IMG/VR virus record: IMGVR_UViG_3300028895_000881
Coordinates: 19,069-83,068 of that record
Strand: one strand, 5' to 3'
DNA: 64,000 bases
Source: a virus
The position numbers and the translations under genes are program-made. Positions 47,301 through 57,128 of the stretch are shown here, piece by piece. Below the pieces are notes generated by a model. That model was given only the letters and a program-made list of their open reading frames with translations. It did not search any database and had not been told where the DNA came from. How positions within the stretch are numbered: position 1 is the first letter of the stretch; each line of letters starts with the position of its first letter.

Positions 47301-48377
47301 ACGAACAAGGTCGTCGGCGATGAGTCGCTCTCGAATACGCTGTGGAAGAGCATCCGACGCCGTCGAGAAGGACGTGCTGTCCAGGATCTCAACAGGGGTT
47401 TGGTACGCGAGCTCCCACGATTCCGCGAGTTCAGGGAACGCGGGCTCGACCAACATCCCAACATGCTGGATGTCGTTGATGACCAGACAACCGACAAGGT
47501 AGAGATGGTTGTTCGTGTGGCAACCGAAACCCACTCCAGTGAAGACACCGTCTGGGTCTGGAAGCGTCGTAGTGGAGTCCGTAGTTTCCGAAGGAGGAAC
47601 CTGGAACCGCGCAACGATGATGATCGAGGACGTGTAATCTGTCTCAATCGCCTGCGTGTAGTAGGCAACCGATCCTGTCCCAAAAGGCCCGCTGGTCTCC
47701 TTGAAAATCTGATAAACACCGCCCTCGAACTGCTCCTCATTCACGTTCAAAGGCGGGTCAGGGCTGAAGTCGATGATGTCCGGAAGTACGAACTCGTTCT
47801 CGCCGACCTCTGTCCAGGGAGGTGTCGTTCCCGAGGGGTCAACGTCACCCTCATAGAAGACCACAACACCCTCGAGATCTCGTTGCTCGTTCTCCAACGC
47901 AACCTGGTGCGGATTGCGGTTCAAGAGCAGCGTCGTTGGACTGTTCAAAGAAGCCGTGTACGGCTTCTGGAACGCCACAAAACGCGGACTTCGAAGAAGT
48001 GGCTTGCGACTGTTCGGGCCCGCAGGGCCCAAAACGATCCCCATCGGGAAACGTGAGAACTCGATCCCATTCGTACCGCCGCCGGGCAGTCCCACACCGC
48101 TCGAGTTACCTCCCGTGGGGCACAACGGCTTGCAGTCGAACTTGTTGAGCACCAAACCCAGCGTGTTCAAACCCGCCATCGCCATGATGGGAGACGGAAA
48201 CCAGATGTAATCCACCGTCACGTCCATCGTGCCCGGAGGCATCAGAGGGATCGGAATGGTGGGGAAGATCTTTCCGTAGTACGGGTTGACGACATCGACC
48301 TCAACAGGGACTCCGTTGACGTACAGGACTACGTCTTCCTTGGTGGCCGGCGTCGCGTTCCCCCACCCCTTCACCAA
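44343..48377 (-). CDS. large virion protein, C-terminal part of a probably frameshifted/deleted gene
   Basis: TTG start without a clear RBS; the frame stays open and protein-like upstream (AANTKDFLLTAKGPL) until TAG at 48456-48458, overlapping the end of 48371-49741. Confidence 0.6.
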   Translation of the reverse strand: MVKGWGNATPATKEDVVLYVNGVPVEVDVVNPYYGKIFPTIPIPLMPPGTMDVTVDYIWFPSPIMAMAGLNTLGLVLNKFDCKPLCPTGGNSSGVGLPGGGTNGIEFSRFPMGIVLGPAGPNSRKPLLRSPRFVAFQKPYTASLNSPTTLLLNRNPHQVALENEQRDLEGVVVFYEGDVDPSGTTPPWTEVGENEFVLPDIIDFSPDPPLNVNEEQFEGGVYQIFKETSGPFGTGSVAYYTQAIETDYTSSIIIVARFQVPPSETTDSTTTLPDPDGVFTGVGFGCHTNNHLYLVGCLVINDIQHVGMLVEPAFPELAESWELAYQTPVEILDSTSFSTASDALPQRIRERLIADDLVRFQIFDGTQAGIYEVIEIVDQTDGTSTVSIDPDSPFPADPQIFGNRDFTIVFEARWDGDGDTNRPVTYRLVVKNDIKLLPDGLAELFVGSSFSGSSLTLEGAPPFAIPPDGVLMYPTGEDGEVFWGSLDRRASNLSNWHFFRYGVDPGVTTQNFRQIVVAAEMNDLPEDDPNNIWFLTQEFGSRIIDSTGDQILLKATSADNQAGVEGQDLTIGYARIEPFLTRRLAIDVDTTFQIDSGVLGGGDLLYSVKDGTREVRLGTLLYVENGTERSLLNLENLSLSGLLLPDQQGWLKTGQLTLEQVQGQRLQFTQVVGETLLYTLVLLQPPATSLAGDGRIFESRIKVSSIGALDPVGDTGIFIGTDVGPIGAARGVGLQLRVAAGGNPDQVSLFSLETGIEVVAFDVAWNDGELHTYRVIADTDVDVVSVIVDDVVLGTADLTLFSFSSTDTEATLGFASTTTDAQVEVEDFSVVVLPPSTAKRTLGVWLGGDVDDINEWEIPRTDTLDVPNSDLSAVVEEMDWRSRIRARIHRDPGWGVTILRPDLPPPPGFTGNFATQFTEPSAGWINVEYRHLPRTSDSLGFVSFGALDPRSISQTRIDEVRYRVYRYASEDFIMPPHMVLNQYNVITSGEFTTDVTVESVEVVSTNSTTIELSQTNITADRIFNLVYVNDAGEEVVYNPGSFEFDQATQVITITSSQNLGYYPSLDVPDEEDPFVVNPSLNESETWPYPPEVFLDPNEPLFDEFDDNAYNVDVQATVTVNFAPGKPLTKTYLCSQPLLDGTTLLNEGTPPYQTTQVMKDEGFLAWGSRINDPNDLLNTDPDFILNDPFRFRDFRSDPKTQYEEIDFCEVSEGEECRLSPFCDDSVPGAAEAGSPGNDPGDIGNGLIGIGFGGLSFTETEPITFSDGPANGFGQVTSTEFLKASGGDAPPGGVLQGAILFTPLGPGTPPFQGADGTVGWSVFGQLYDTLTNTTTNLYFGTGTPAP

Positions 48378-49741
48378 AGGACCCTTCGCCGTGAGAAGGA
48401 AGTCCTTGGTGTTGGCAGCCGAATACCGGCCGGGAACCCAGGAGGCGCCGTGAAACTAGCCGTCAACCCAGCCACAATGGGTTCGCCATTCACGACCACC
48501 GTGTACGTGTCAGCCCGCTGGTTCCGGACCAGGGACACGGTGACCTGTTGGCTCGTCCAGTCGATACTCGAGCTCGCCGTAAACAAGCCCGAGTTGATCT
48601 CCAACGTGTCGATGCCTGCCACGCGCTTGAACGCGAGCTCCACCTGGACTGAGCTGTCATTGATCAGAATCAGCAGGACTGTGTCGGAGTCCGGGGGAGG
48701 ATCGATCTGCCCCGCCGCCGAAGCATCGAACGTAACGTCCGCTCGGTAGCTCGAGTTTGGAAGGAGTTTCCCGCTCGTATCGAGGAAACGCCAACCGTAA
48801 GCGAAACCTACTGGCACGGAGAGCAAGACCTCATCGGTGCCCTGCACCGTGCTTCCGGTTCCGAGTTCTTGAGACAGGAAATCTGCCTGCGGATCGTTTG
48901 GAAGGAAGGTCGCGTCGTAGTCGATCGCCGTTGCCGGACTAACCACGCCCGTGTACTGGGCGGAAGTCATGCCGATCACGTCAACCTTCACCTGCTTGAG
49001 GTCAGCGTTGAACGGGTGCGTGACCGTCTGAGGGATGATGTTCTGCGGGTACGTCGTCTCGTAGCCGTAGGCATCCGGCTGCAAGATGCCAGGGGTGAAC
49101 CCTGCCTCTGTCAGCATGTCCTGCTCGAAGTCGTAGCGAAGCTCCGACCCCGAGATGGGCGTGATCGTGAAGGGAGGTGGCTCACCTTTGCAGAGAACCT
49201 CTGCCTGGTTCAGAGGGGCATACGCCGCGATGGCGGTACCACCGATGTCTCGAGGACCAGAGACGATAACCCGGTACAGGCCGCCCAGTGTCGTGCCCGT
49301 GTGGTTGAGCAGCACGGAGGTCGGACCCCAGACACCATCGACTCCGGTTTGGACGCTCAGCACCGTGACCGGAGCGGCACCGGTGATGTCCATGATCGTG
49401 TAACTTGCCGGATCGAACAGGTCGGCGTCCGGTGACATCTCATTCGAGAAAAACACCTCGATGATGAAGCCCGTAACCGACACCGCCGAGATGACCTCGG
49501 GTGGGTTCGCAAGACCGTCGATGCAGCCGTAAGGGCCCGTGCCATACGCACACCCACCGTAACCTCCGGTGATGGCGATCGATGGCTTGCCGAACCCACC
49601 AAGAGCACCGTAGGGGCTCGTGCCGTACGCATAGCCACCGTAACCTCCGATAGGAGGCACGGTGGGGGGAAGCATGACGCCTCCGAGCCCCCCATAGGGG
49701 CCAGTCCCGTAGGGCTCAAGTCCGTAGCCGAAGACGCTCAT
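48371..49741 (-). CDS. virion protein with N-terminal GYG..YGT.PYG repeats and Ig-like domain (N-terminal part of the same broken gene)
   Basis: Three GYGxxxYGTxPYG repeats; last ~14 residues (LPTPRTSFSRRRVLW) look off-frame. Confidence 0.65.
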   Translation of the reverse strand: MSVFGYGLEPYGTGPYGGLGGVMLPPTVPPIGGYGGYAYGTSPYGALGGFGKPSIAITGGYGGCAYGTGPYGCIDGLANPPEVISAVSVTGFIIEVFFSNEMSPDADLFDPASYTIMDITGAAPVTVLSVQTGVDGVWGPTSVLLNHTGTTLGGLYRVIVSGPRDIGGTAIAAYAPLNQAEVLCKGEPPPFTITPISGSELRYDFEQDMLTEAGFTPGILQPDAYGYETTYPQNIIPQTVTHPFNADLKQVKVDVIGMTSAQYTGVVSPATAIDYDATFLPNDPQADFLSQELGTGSTVQGTDEVLLSVPVGFAYGWRFLDTSGKLLPNSSYRADVTFDASAAGQIDPPPDSDTVLLILINDSSVQVELAFKRVAGIDTLEINSGLFTASSSIDWTSQQVTVSLVRNQRADTYTVVVNGEPIVAGLTASFTAPPGFPAGIRLPTPRTSFSRRRVLW

Positions 49742-49768
49742 CTACCACAGCGCAAAGTTGGGGTTCGG

Positions 49769-52096
49769 TTACACAGTACCGGTGAGAGACAGGGTCAGTC
49801 CGTCCGTTCCAGCCGGCTGAACTGCCGGGTAGGTGACTTCGAAGAGCAACATGTGCGGAACACCCGGGGGCACCACGAACCCGAGCTGTGCGAGAGGTTG
49901 AACGATGAACGCGCCGACCGGGACGCCGGGGGCGATGGGGCCACCGAGTGTGCTCAAGTCGAAACCGGCCGGGCTGTAGCCCGCGCCGCCGAGGGGATCG
50001 ATGATGGGCACCACAGGGCCACCCAGAGGACCGAGGTAGACCTGCACGAAAGTGCCGGCGGTGAAGGGACCACCGACCGCCCAGAAGAGCTGGAGGGGTC
50101 CTGGGCTGCCTGGAGGGCCTGCCGGGGCCGGAGCCACCGTGAAACCCGTCGTGCTGTTGATGACATCGAACTCCTGAACGATGAGCGGAGGCACGATGAT
50201 CGCCGGAGGCGTCGGCACCAACATCTGCCTCGAGTAGGTGTCTTCGACTACCCCACTGGCAGCCAGGGTGATACGACCCTGAGCGTCAATCGTCAGATCA
50301 GTCCGCGTGTAGGATCCGGGCGCAACGCCCGTAGCCGTAAGGTCCACGCTGACAGCACCGTCATCGACACCAGAGTTGGTGATCGAGGTGCCCACACCTG
50401 CCGAGAGGACCCGGTTGTCGGTGAGGCCAGCAGCCACGGCGTGCGTGATGAACGGGGCCGTGCTCGGGGCCGCACCACCACCGCCACCACCAGCGATCTC
50501 GTCGATGGCGTCCTGGACGTTCTCGGAGACAAGACCAGAGACCGTGTTGTCGTAGAACAGCGACGTACCGATGGTCAGCGCCTGACGAGTGACGGAGCCG
50601 ATCTGCGTGATGGTGCCGTACTCCGAGGAACCGAGGCGCAGGAAAGCAGTGCCGACGACACCTGTGCTGTCGATCGAGAACCCGAGGAATCCCGGGGCTC
50701 CCGTCGTCGTATCTCCCAGAAGTGTGCGTCGCAGGGTCAGCGACAGATCGCCAGGCACCGCCGCAGCCGTCGGGTTGAGCTCGATAGCTTGTGTGACAAC
50801 ACCACCGGGATCAACCGTGATGACGCACCCGTTGTCGAAAATGAGGTCTTCGGACCACGAACGAATTGAGAAGCAACCGGGGCCAACACCCACCTGCTCG
50901 AAACGACAATGGTTGAACATCGCCGTGACGCCACCAAAGGCAGGCACCGTGGAGTCCACCGTGCCGAGCGACGGTCCGAGAAAGAAGCAGTCCTTGGCGA
51001 TGAGTGCTGAAGTGCCAGCCGCAGCAAAAACGTCAAACGCCAGAGAGTCGTCACTGAACGTATCGGTCTGAATGACGCGAGTGTTGTCCAGGAAGGCTCG
51101 TCCCCGCTCGACAGAGATGCCCGCACCCTGGTTCGCTGCACCACCGCCATTCTGAAGCAGTTCGGTGTTCACCAAGTAGACATCGCCCTCACCGATCTTG
51201 CGGAGCAGCGCGTTGGTGGTCGCACCAACGTTCTCGAGGACGAGGTTCGAGATGTAGCAGTACTCACCGAGGTTCGGCAGGTTGGCCGTGAACGTGAGCG
51301 CAGGAACACCACCACCGTTGGCGGCGCGGACGTTCACGCTGCGATCGAAGTCAGGGTGCTCCCCGTTGCCACCGCCCGAGCTCGGCCACCCGATGACGTG
51401 AACGTAGGGTTTGAACTCCACGTCCTCTTCGTAGAGACCCGGGCGAACGGCTACGATCATCGGTTGCGTCGCACTCGGAGCGATACCACCGTTGAAATCG
51501 GCGTTGGTCTCAGCGGCCAAGATGGCCTCAGAGATTGTCGAGAAATCCGCGAACCCTTCCGCAACCGCCGGATCGTTCGGGGCCTGGAGGTTGTCCTTGC
51601 CCCGGTTGGCATCGACGTAGATGATGCGACCGCTGGCGCTGACATGCTGGACCAGGCAGAGAAGCCGGTTCAAGTTGAAGTTTTGGTCGTTGGCCCAACC
51701 CTCCGCAGAGATATCCACGGGGATGATGCCGGTGCCATCCCGGCGCTCACCAGCAGCGACAAGCTTGAGGTCACCAAAGAAGGTGTCGTAGCGAAGACGA
51801 ACGTACTGCTCATCTTGTGTCGGGAGGCCCGCGTCGATGACGAGGCGAATGAGGTACGGACCCTCGTTGTCCACCGTAAAGGTGACGGGACCCGGTCCGA
51901 AGATGTTGCCGACCAGGGTGGCGGCCGACGGGTTTCGGTCTTTATCCTCGGGAGCGAAGGCGATCGACCAGGCGTAGCTGGTCGCCGGGCCTCCGACTTG
52001 GTCGAGCTGCACCACGTCCCCAGCACGGAGATCGTCGCGGCTCGCCCCGACCACCGGATTGATACCGTTGACGAGACTTTGGATCAGTGCGGGCAT
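49769..52096 (-). CDS. tailspike/tail-fibre-like protein with a probable beta-helix domain
   Basis: IIYVDA...FSTISEAI...VRPGLYEEDV..KPYVHVIG (beta-helix cap), NVQDAIDEI and the fibre repeat GVAPGSYT...IDAQGRIT. Confidence 0.65.
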   Translation of the reverse strand: MPALIQSLVNGINPVVGASRDDLRAGDVVQLDQVGGPATSYAWSIAFAPEDKDRNPSAATLVGNIFGPGPVTFTVDNEGPYLIRLVIDAGLPTQDEQYVRLRYDTFFGDLKLVAAGERRDGTGIIPVDISAEGWANDQNFNLNRLLCLVQHVSASGRIIYVDANRGKDNLQAPNDPAVAEGFADFSTISEAILAAETNADFNGGIAPSATQPMIVAVRPGLYEEDVEFKPYVHVIGWPSSGGGNGEHPDFDRSVNVRAANGGGVPALTFTANLPNLGEYCYISNLVLENVGATTNALLRKIGEGDVYLVNTELLQNGGGAANQGAGISVERGRAFLDNTRVIQTDTFSDDSLAFDVFAAAGTSALIAKDCFFLGPSLGTVDSTVPAFGGVTAMFNHCRFEQVGVGPGCFSIRSWSEDLIFDNGCVITVDPGGVVTQAIELNPTAAAVPGDLSLTLRRTLLGDTTTGAPGFLGFSIDSTGVVGTAFLRLGSSEYGTITQIGSVTRQALTIGTSLFYDNTVSGLVSENVQDAIDEIAGGGGGGAAPSTAPFITHAVAAGLTDNRVLSAGVGTSITNSGVDDGAVSVDLTATGVAPGSYTRTDLTIDAQGRITLAASGVVEDTYSRQMLVPTPPAIIVPPLIVQEFDVINSTTGFTVAPAPAGPPGSPGPLQLFWAVGGPFTAGTFVQVYLGPLGGPVVPIIDPLGGAGYSPAGFDLSTLGGPIAPGVPVGAFIVQPLAQLGFVVPPGVPHMLLFEVTYPAVQPAGTDGLTLSLTGTV

Positions 52097-52165
52097 GTTG
52101 CTTCCTCGGCCGGAGAGATCGGCGGTTCTATCCTTGGGGCCCCTATAGGCCCGCCACCGAGGGAG

Positions 52166-53590
52166 CTAGATGAAGAATTGAGACGAAACGTCCTCGCCCA
52201 GCACCGTAAATGGCGTTCGAACGCCCAGACGCTCCACCGTCAGGCGGTAAGACTGTCCTGTGGCCTCCTGGGGCATCCTCGTGGCAATTTGGAGCGTGCT
52301 CGGCGCGACACGCACACCGGTCGCGAAAGATCCCGCAGGCACCAAACCGACAGGACCGCCGTTGTTGCCGAGCAAAGTCTCGAGACGATAGTCTCCCGCG
52401 TTCTGCCCTTCGAGAAAAGTTAGAGTTTCACCTTCAACGGCGTTCGAGAAATCCTGGTTTGGATCCTCGATTTCACCATCCGCGTTAATGGTGGCCGTCC
52501 CCGTCAGCCCGGTAGGGCTTGTCGTGTACGGGTTCGCCACGAGGTCGCCGTTCTCATCTTCATCAAGAGCTCCGACGAGGCGTAGCAGGCCCACGACTCG
52601 GTAGCGTCCCAATGTCGCGGCATCTTCTCCTCCGCTCGTCGGCTTCGTGTTGGGGCCGTCGAGAATCTCGAGCACCGCTCCGGGGCACACCGCACGGAAA
52701 TCCAAAGTCACGTCCTGAAAGAGCTGACGCCCGGGAAGAGTGACTCCCTGCGTCCCCACAATTTCTTTCATGCCGCAACAGAACTTGCGGAAGTCCTCGT
52801 AGTACCACGAGTCCAGATCGATCATGGGCTCGGCAGTGAACAGGTCGCCGAACGTATCCAGGAACAGATGCCGGTACTCGTAGAGGGCCTTAGCCGGCTT
52901 GAGCGCTCGCAGGATCCGGACGTTGTTTCGGAACACACGGAAAGGGTCCACAGGGAACCCAGTCCCAAGCTCTCCTCGAATCAGGTCACCGGTCGTCGGG
53001 TCCGTGAATACGGTCCGGCATAGAACGTTGACCTCGAACTCGTGCTGCTCCCCAAGACCCCAAGCCGTGTTGGGATCAGTCGAGAAGTCGACCTTGGCCA
53101 GCACATCCACTACGGCTTCAGTCAGCAGGTTGAGGCCCTCCTCGACCACGTCCTCGGTTGCTCCTTGAAGGAGCAGCAGGATCATGCGGCGCAAGAACTC
53201 ACGGTACGTGAGGTCGCCGTCGATCTCCGGAACGCCTCGAGGCGTCTTGTCCGTGTCCGGAAAAACGAGCGTACCGATCATCTGCCAGAGATACTCGGGC
53301 CGCGCGAAATCTACGTCCGACTCGAGCGTCACGTCCTCGAGCTCGAGTTGAATCTTGGCGAGCTGTTCGGCGATGGCCTGGAACTGCAAGACGTAGAAAG
53401 GCCCAGGCACCTCCGCCACGTAGTTGGACGGAAGCACGTCCTGAAACGTCCGAAGGATCGAGTTGGTGATGTCGCGAAGTGAGCGACTTCCCTGCTGCCC
53501 TGCCGTAGAGACCGGCGCCGGGTTCTGCTCGCGCTGAAACGGCAGGTACGGCGTCTTGGGAAGAATGAGGGGCTTGTCTTCGTCAGACAC
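52166..53590 (-). CDS. baseplate wedge protein (gpI/gp7-like by position)
   Basis: Directly downstream of the J-like gene; LPSNY, YREFLRR, LRALKPAK motifs; start reassigned to GTG 53590. Confidence 0.6.
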   Translation of the reverse strand: MSDEDKPLILPKTPYLPFQREQNPAPVSTAGQQGSRSLRDITNSILRTFQDVLPSNYVAEVPGPFYVLQFQAIAEQLAKIQLELEDVTLESDVDFARPEYLWQMIGTLVFPDTDKTPRGVPEIDGDLTYREFLRRMILLLLQGATEDVVEEGLNLLTEAVVDVLAKVDFSTDPNTAWGLGEQHEFEVNVLCRTVFTDPTTGDLIRGELGTGFPVDPFRVFRNNVRILRALKPAKALYEYRHLFLDTFGDLFTAEPMIDLDSWYYEDFRKFCCGMKEIVGTQGVTLPGRQLFQDVTLDFRAVCPGAVLEILDGPNTKPTSGGEDAATLGRYRVVGLLRLVGALDEDENGDLVANPYTTSPTGLTGTATINADGEIEDPNQDFSNAVEGETLTFLEGQNAGDYRLETLLGNNGGPVGLVPAGSFATGVRVAPSTLQIATRMPQEATGQSYRLTVERLGVRTPFTVLGEDVSSQFFI

Positions 53591-56500
53591 CGCGCGTGTC
53601 CTCCACGAAGGTGAAGATGAAATTGCCCACGTCAAAGAACTCGATGGTGCCGGCTTCGATGTCCTGCACCCGCGCCTCCACGAACGCAACCGTGTAAGTC
53701 ACCGTGAACGCATGGAGCTCCGGACGGTCATCCGCTGCCAAGGAGACGAGAACTCGGTTGGCTGTAAGCTGCTCGCGAATCGCCTGAATCTCCGCCGCAG
53801 TGTTCGCCGCCGGGTTGTTGTTTTCGATGGTCTCGTCATCGCTGAACCCAGGAATGACGAGCCCGTCGTTGCCGATGATGAACGCCTGGTCTGCTTGTTC
53901 TCGAAGCACTGTCGGGTCCGTCGTGACCAGCGAGAGTTGCTGGTCATCCTTGAACACACCAGTGAACTGAGTCCCATCGCCACCCCCATCCGTGGTGGGA
54001 TTGTCCAGCGGGTTCTCGAGGAGCCAGGTCTTTACCGTGTCGGTCGAGTACGGGATCGCCTTCGTCCCGAGAATGACCTCCACATCGCCTGCCTCAGAGG
54101 GCACCGACTCGCGCACGACCAAGCTGTTCTGGCTTCGAGCCAACTTCCGAATCGGACTCTCCACGTACGAGACGCCGGTCGTGTTGTCGATGACCGCGAC
54201 GATGTCCGACTGTCGTACCGCCGCCCCCAACGGGAGAGCTCGCAGGAAGGTCGTCAGGTTGGTCCGCACGTTCGTGTCAGCAGTCGAAGTACGGAAGCCG
54301 TTTTGAGTGACGATCGTAGCCGTGATATCTACCGGGATCGGCACGGCCTCCTTCGCCAACACATCAGCAGTCAAGTGCTTCTGGGCATCCAGGCTTGCCT
54401 GCGCGCTGGGGATGACGAAGTTCGTCTGGTACGTGACCGTGAAGTTCTCCGCATGGTCGTAGTCCACCAACACGCTCTGTCCGCTGCGGATCTGGCTGTT
54501 AGGCGTACGACGGATACTGAGCGCCGTAGTCTGCGTACCCGGCACGATCACGTAGTCTGAAACACCGCTCGGGTCCTGGGGACCACGGTACTGAACCGTG
54601 CGCTCCGTGTTGAACACCGCGACCGTCAATGGGTTCGCACCAAGGTTGTCAACGAACTCATCGAACTCGCCGAGAAGAATACGTTCCTCGTTCGTCACGG
54701 AGATGCTCTCACCACTCGGAACCCCGTTGACCTGGATGATGTTCAGGAACGCTTGCGCGTCCTCTGAACGACCGAGCAGAAGCGGATCATCCAGGCGCAC
54801 GAACTCAAAGTTCTCCTCCGGAAGCTGCCCAGACACCTGACCCGAAACACTGACCACTGAATTCACGGGCTGTCGGGTAAAGACGAACCGTGTGCTCGTC
54901 AGGTAGCGGTAGTCGCCCAACACGATGTCGCCGAAGGCCACGGTGGGCTGACTGCCCGTGTTGGTGAGCTGGATAGTGCGGTAGTCCAGGATCTCCACAT
55001 CAGCCAGGTTGAAGAAGGTGCCCTGAGTCGCATTGCGCAAACCCAGACCCAAGGTGGGGTCGTCAAGCAGTTCCGCGATCGGGTTCGACGGCGACAGGTT
55101 CGTGTCCAGAGCTCGGAACTGAAGTGCAAGCGGGTTGCCGATGATCTGGAACTGCACGTCGAACGCAGTCTCAAACGTAAAGGCAAAGGTGTCGGTGACG
55201 TTGCCGACCGACGCACCTCGAAGCCACACGTCTACCTTGCCGCCGACATGCTTGTTGAAATCGGTGTCGAAGTCCCGCTGCATTAGATCGTTGCCCGCAG
55301 CCACGACCGACACCTCTTGGACTCCGGCAACATCCGCCGCTACTTGGAAGGTCCCCTGCTCGGTGCCCGAATCCACCGAGGCCAGCGCGTTGCGGGTACG
55401 GGTAGCGAGAAGCAGATTGGTCTCCTGGTTCGAACCTCCAAATGTCGGGTTGTTGTTGGTGACCGACAGGCCCGGAAGCGACGTTACGATAGTCCGGATC
55501 TGACCCGCCCCCAGGTTGCCGGCGGTACCTGGAGATTCTGCCTCGATGGGGAGCTGAATCTGGTAGGTGTTCGTCGTCGGGTTGAAGAAGGATGCGACGT
55601 TGTTGATGGGAATGGATCCGTCCGTCGTTGTCACGAAGCGCACAGCACCGCTGGCGATGCGAGTACCCAACGGGATGAACAACGTAGACGAAGGTCGCGT
55701 TCGAGTGAAGAACGTGGCGAACCCTCGAGCTCGAGTACCCGAACGGCGGAAGACGCCATTGCGGGACGCAAGCTGATCAAACGACTGGTCGAACAGGGCC
55801 TGCGTGTCGGCCGGGTTCTGGAGCTCGAACACCTGCTGAAGCGCCTGCTTGTACGGGCTCTGTGCGACCGGGGTAGGAGTACCATTAGCCTCGATGCCAT
55901 CCACCTGGAGCAGCGTGTCCACAGACTGAACGCGGTAGCTCCAGTCCACGAGGAAACGCAATCGAACGGCCTCATTGGCGGCTGGGTCTACGACCGTGTC
56001 ACGAATGACGGATCCCGGCTGCACCGCGATCTGCGGAGTTGTCCGCGAGATGGCCGTCAGCGTGTCTTCAACGATCTCGAGCCGTGACGGGGCCGGGAAC
56101 GTTCCGACATTCTCCCGGATGATCGTCGGTCGTCCCGACACCTCGGGGGAAAACGCAGACTCCACCTCAAGCTGTGTCGCCGAATTGTAGAACACCGCCG
56201 TCGCAACGTAGAACAGAGGTTCGGTCAGGTCGGTGGCCGCAAACTCAGCAATAGGCACCGTGGGAGGCACGCTTCCCGGCCCAGCCTGGCGATTGTGCCG
56301 GAACGTGTAGAACGACCGGCTAACCAAAGACTGCACGCTGTACGTGCTCCGGATAGTCCTCGTGGTCTCCGGCACCTCGAAAGTCTCCACGAAGTCCGTA
56401 CGGAGAAGCGCAGACCGTTCCTGGATGGTGATGGCAGCGGCGAGTTCGGGAGTCAGTGGGATGCTCTCGAGGTTCTGGATCACGTCGTTACTGCTCGTCT

Positions 56501-57128
56501 GCGTCTCCGTGATTTTGACGTAGAGAGGGTCGGCAGCCGGAGTACCATCAGGGTTGGTCGCAACCGGGTTGTCCACCTGAAGGCTGCCGATCGTCGTCGT
56601 CTCCTGCACCGTCGTCACATCCGACAACGTGTTCAGATTGACGCGCTGGTAGCCTGTGGAACCGCCACCAGTAAACCTCGAAGCGTAGAAGTTGATCCCA
56701 CGAAAAGTGGAGTTGGCCACTCCCTCGATGCGAATCTCTACCTCGTCGTCGAACTGCTCGACGCTGATGTTGCTCGGGACCGTTCCGATGAGAGCGATGT
56801 CCGCCTCTTGAACCAGCGTCACTTCGACGCGAGCCGAAGCCGACACGGCACCAGAAAAGGAGACAGAACGCACCTCGATAATGTTGAGGCCAGCAGCGAG
56901 CTCGAGGCCGTCCGGGAACACAGACGGGTTCGGGAAGGAAAAGGTCGTCCCCTCGAACAGAATGAAGTCGGGATCGGAAGTGAAAGCCCCGCCACGGATC
57001 GAAATCTGCATGTCGATCGTGTCGGCATCCATGGTTCCTTGGAAGAACCTGGAGGTCATCGTCGTAGAAAAGATGGTGGTCTCTCGAGCGACGCCATCCG
57101 GGCCAATGATTTGTGGAGTCGATGCCAT
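53583..57128 (-). CDS. baseplate J/gp6-like wedge protein, enlarged
   Basis: GSVIRD...LASRNGVFRRSGTRARG...IPLGTRI...IEAESPGTAGN...VTNNNPTFGGSNQET...R pattern of Baseplate_J. Confidence 0.85.
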   Translation of the reverse strand: MASTPQIIGPDGVARETTIFSTTMTSRFFQGTMDADTIDMQISIRGGAFTSDPDFILFEGTTFSFPNPSVFPDGLELAAGLNIIEVRSVSFSGAVSASARVEVTLVQEADIALIGTVPSNISVEQFDDEVEIRIEGVANSTFRGINFYASRFTGGGSTGYQRVNLNTLSDVTTVQETTTIGSLQVDNPVATNPDGTPAADPLYVKITETQTSSNDVIQNLESIPLTPELAAAITIQERSALLRTDFVETFEVPETTRTIRSTYSVQSLVSRSFYTFRHNRQAGPGSVPPTVPIAEFAATDLTEPLFYVATAVFYNSATQLEVESAFSPEVSGRPTIIRENVGTFPAPSRLEIVEDTLTAISRTTPQIAVQPGSVIRDTVVDPAANEAVRLRFLVDWSYRVQSVDTLLQVDGIEANGTPTPVAQSPYKQALQQVFELQNPADTQALFDQSFDQLASRNGVFRRSGTRARGFATFFTRTRPSSTLFIPLGTRIASGAVRFVTTTDGSIPINNVASFFNPTTNTYQIQLPIEAESPGTAGNLGAGQIRTIVTSLPGLSVTNNNPTFGGSNQETNLLLATRTRNALASVDSGTEQGTFQVAADVAGVQEVSVVAAGNDLMQRDFDTDFNKHVGGKVDVWLRGASVGNVTDTFAFTFETAFDVQFQIIGNPLALQFRALDTNLSPSNPIAELLDDPTLGLGLRNATQGTFFNLADVEILDYRTIQLTNTGSQPTVAFGDIVLGDYRYLTSTRFVFTRQPVNSVVSVSGQVSGQLPEENFEFVRLDDPLLLGRSEDAQAFLNIIQVNGVPSGESISVTNEERILLGEFDEFVDNLGANPLTVAVFNTERTVQYRGPQDPSGVSDYVIVPGTQTTALSIRRTPNSQIRSGQSVLVDYDHAENFTVTYQTNFVIPSAQASLDAQKHLTADVLAKEAVPIPVDITATIVTQNGFRTSTADTNVRTNLTTFLRALPLGAAVRQSDIVAVIDNTTGVSYVESPIRKLARSQNSLVVRESVPSEAGDVEVILGTKAIPYSTDTVKTWLLENPLDNPTTDGGGDGTQFTGVFKDDQQLSLVTTDPTVLREQADQAFIIGNDGLVIPGFSDDETIENNNPAANTAAEIQAIREQLTANRVLVSLAADDRPELHAFTVTYTVAFVEARVQDIEAGTIEFFDVGNFIFTFVEDTRGV

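Noticed and set aside
26236-52096. Diversity-generating retroelement or invertible fibre cassette
   Set aside because: No reverse transcriptase, recombinase, or near-identical template/variable repeat pair was found by eye; paralogue similarity is at protein level only.
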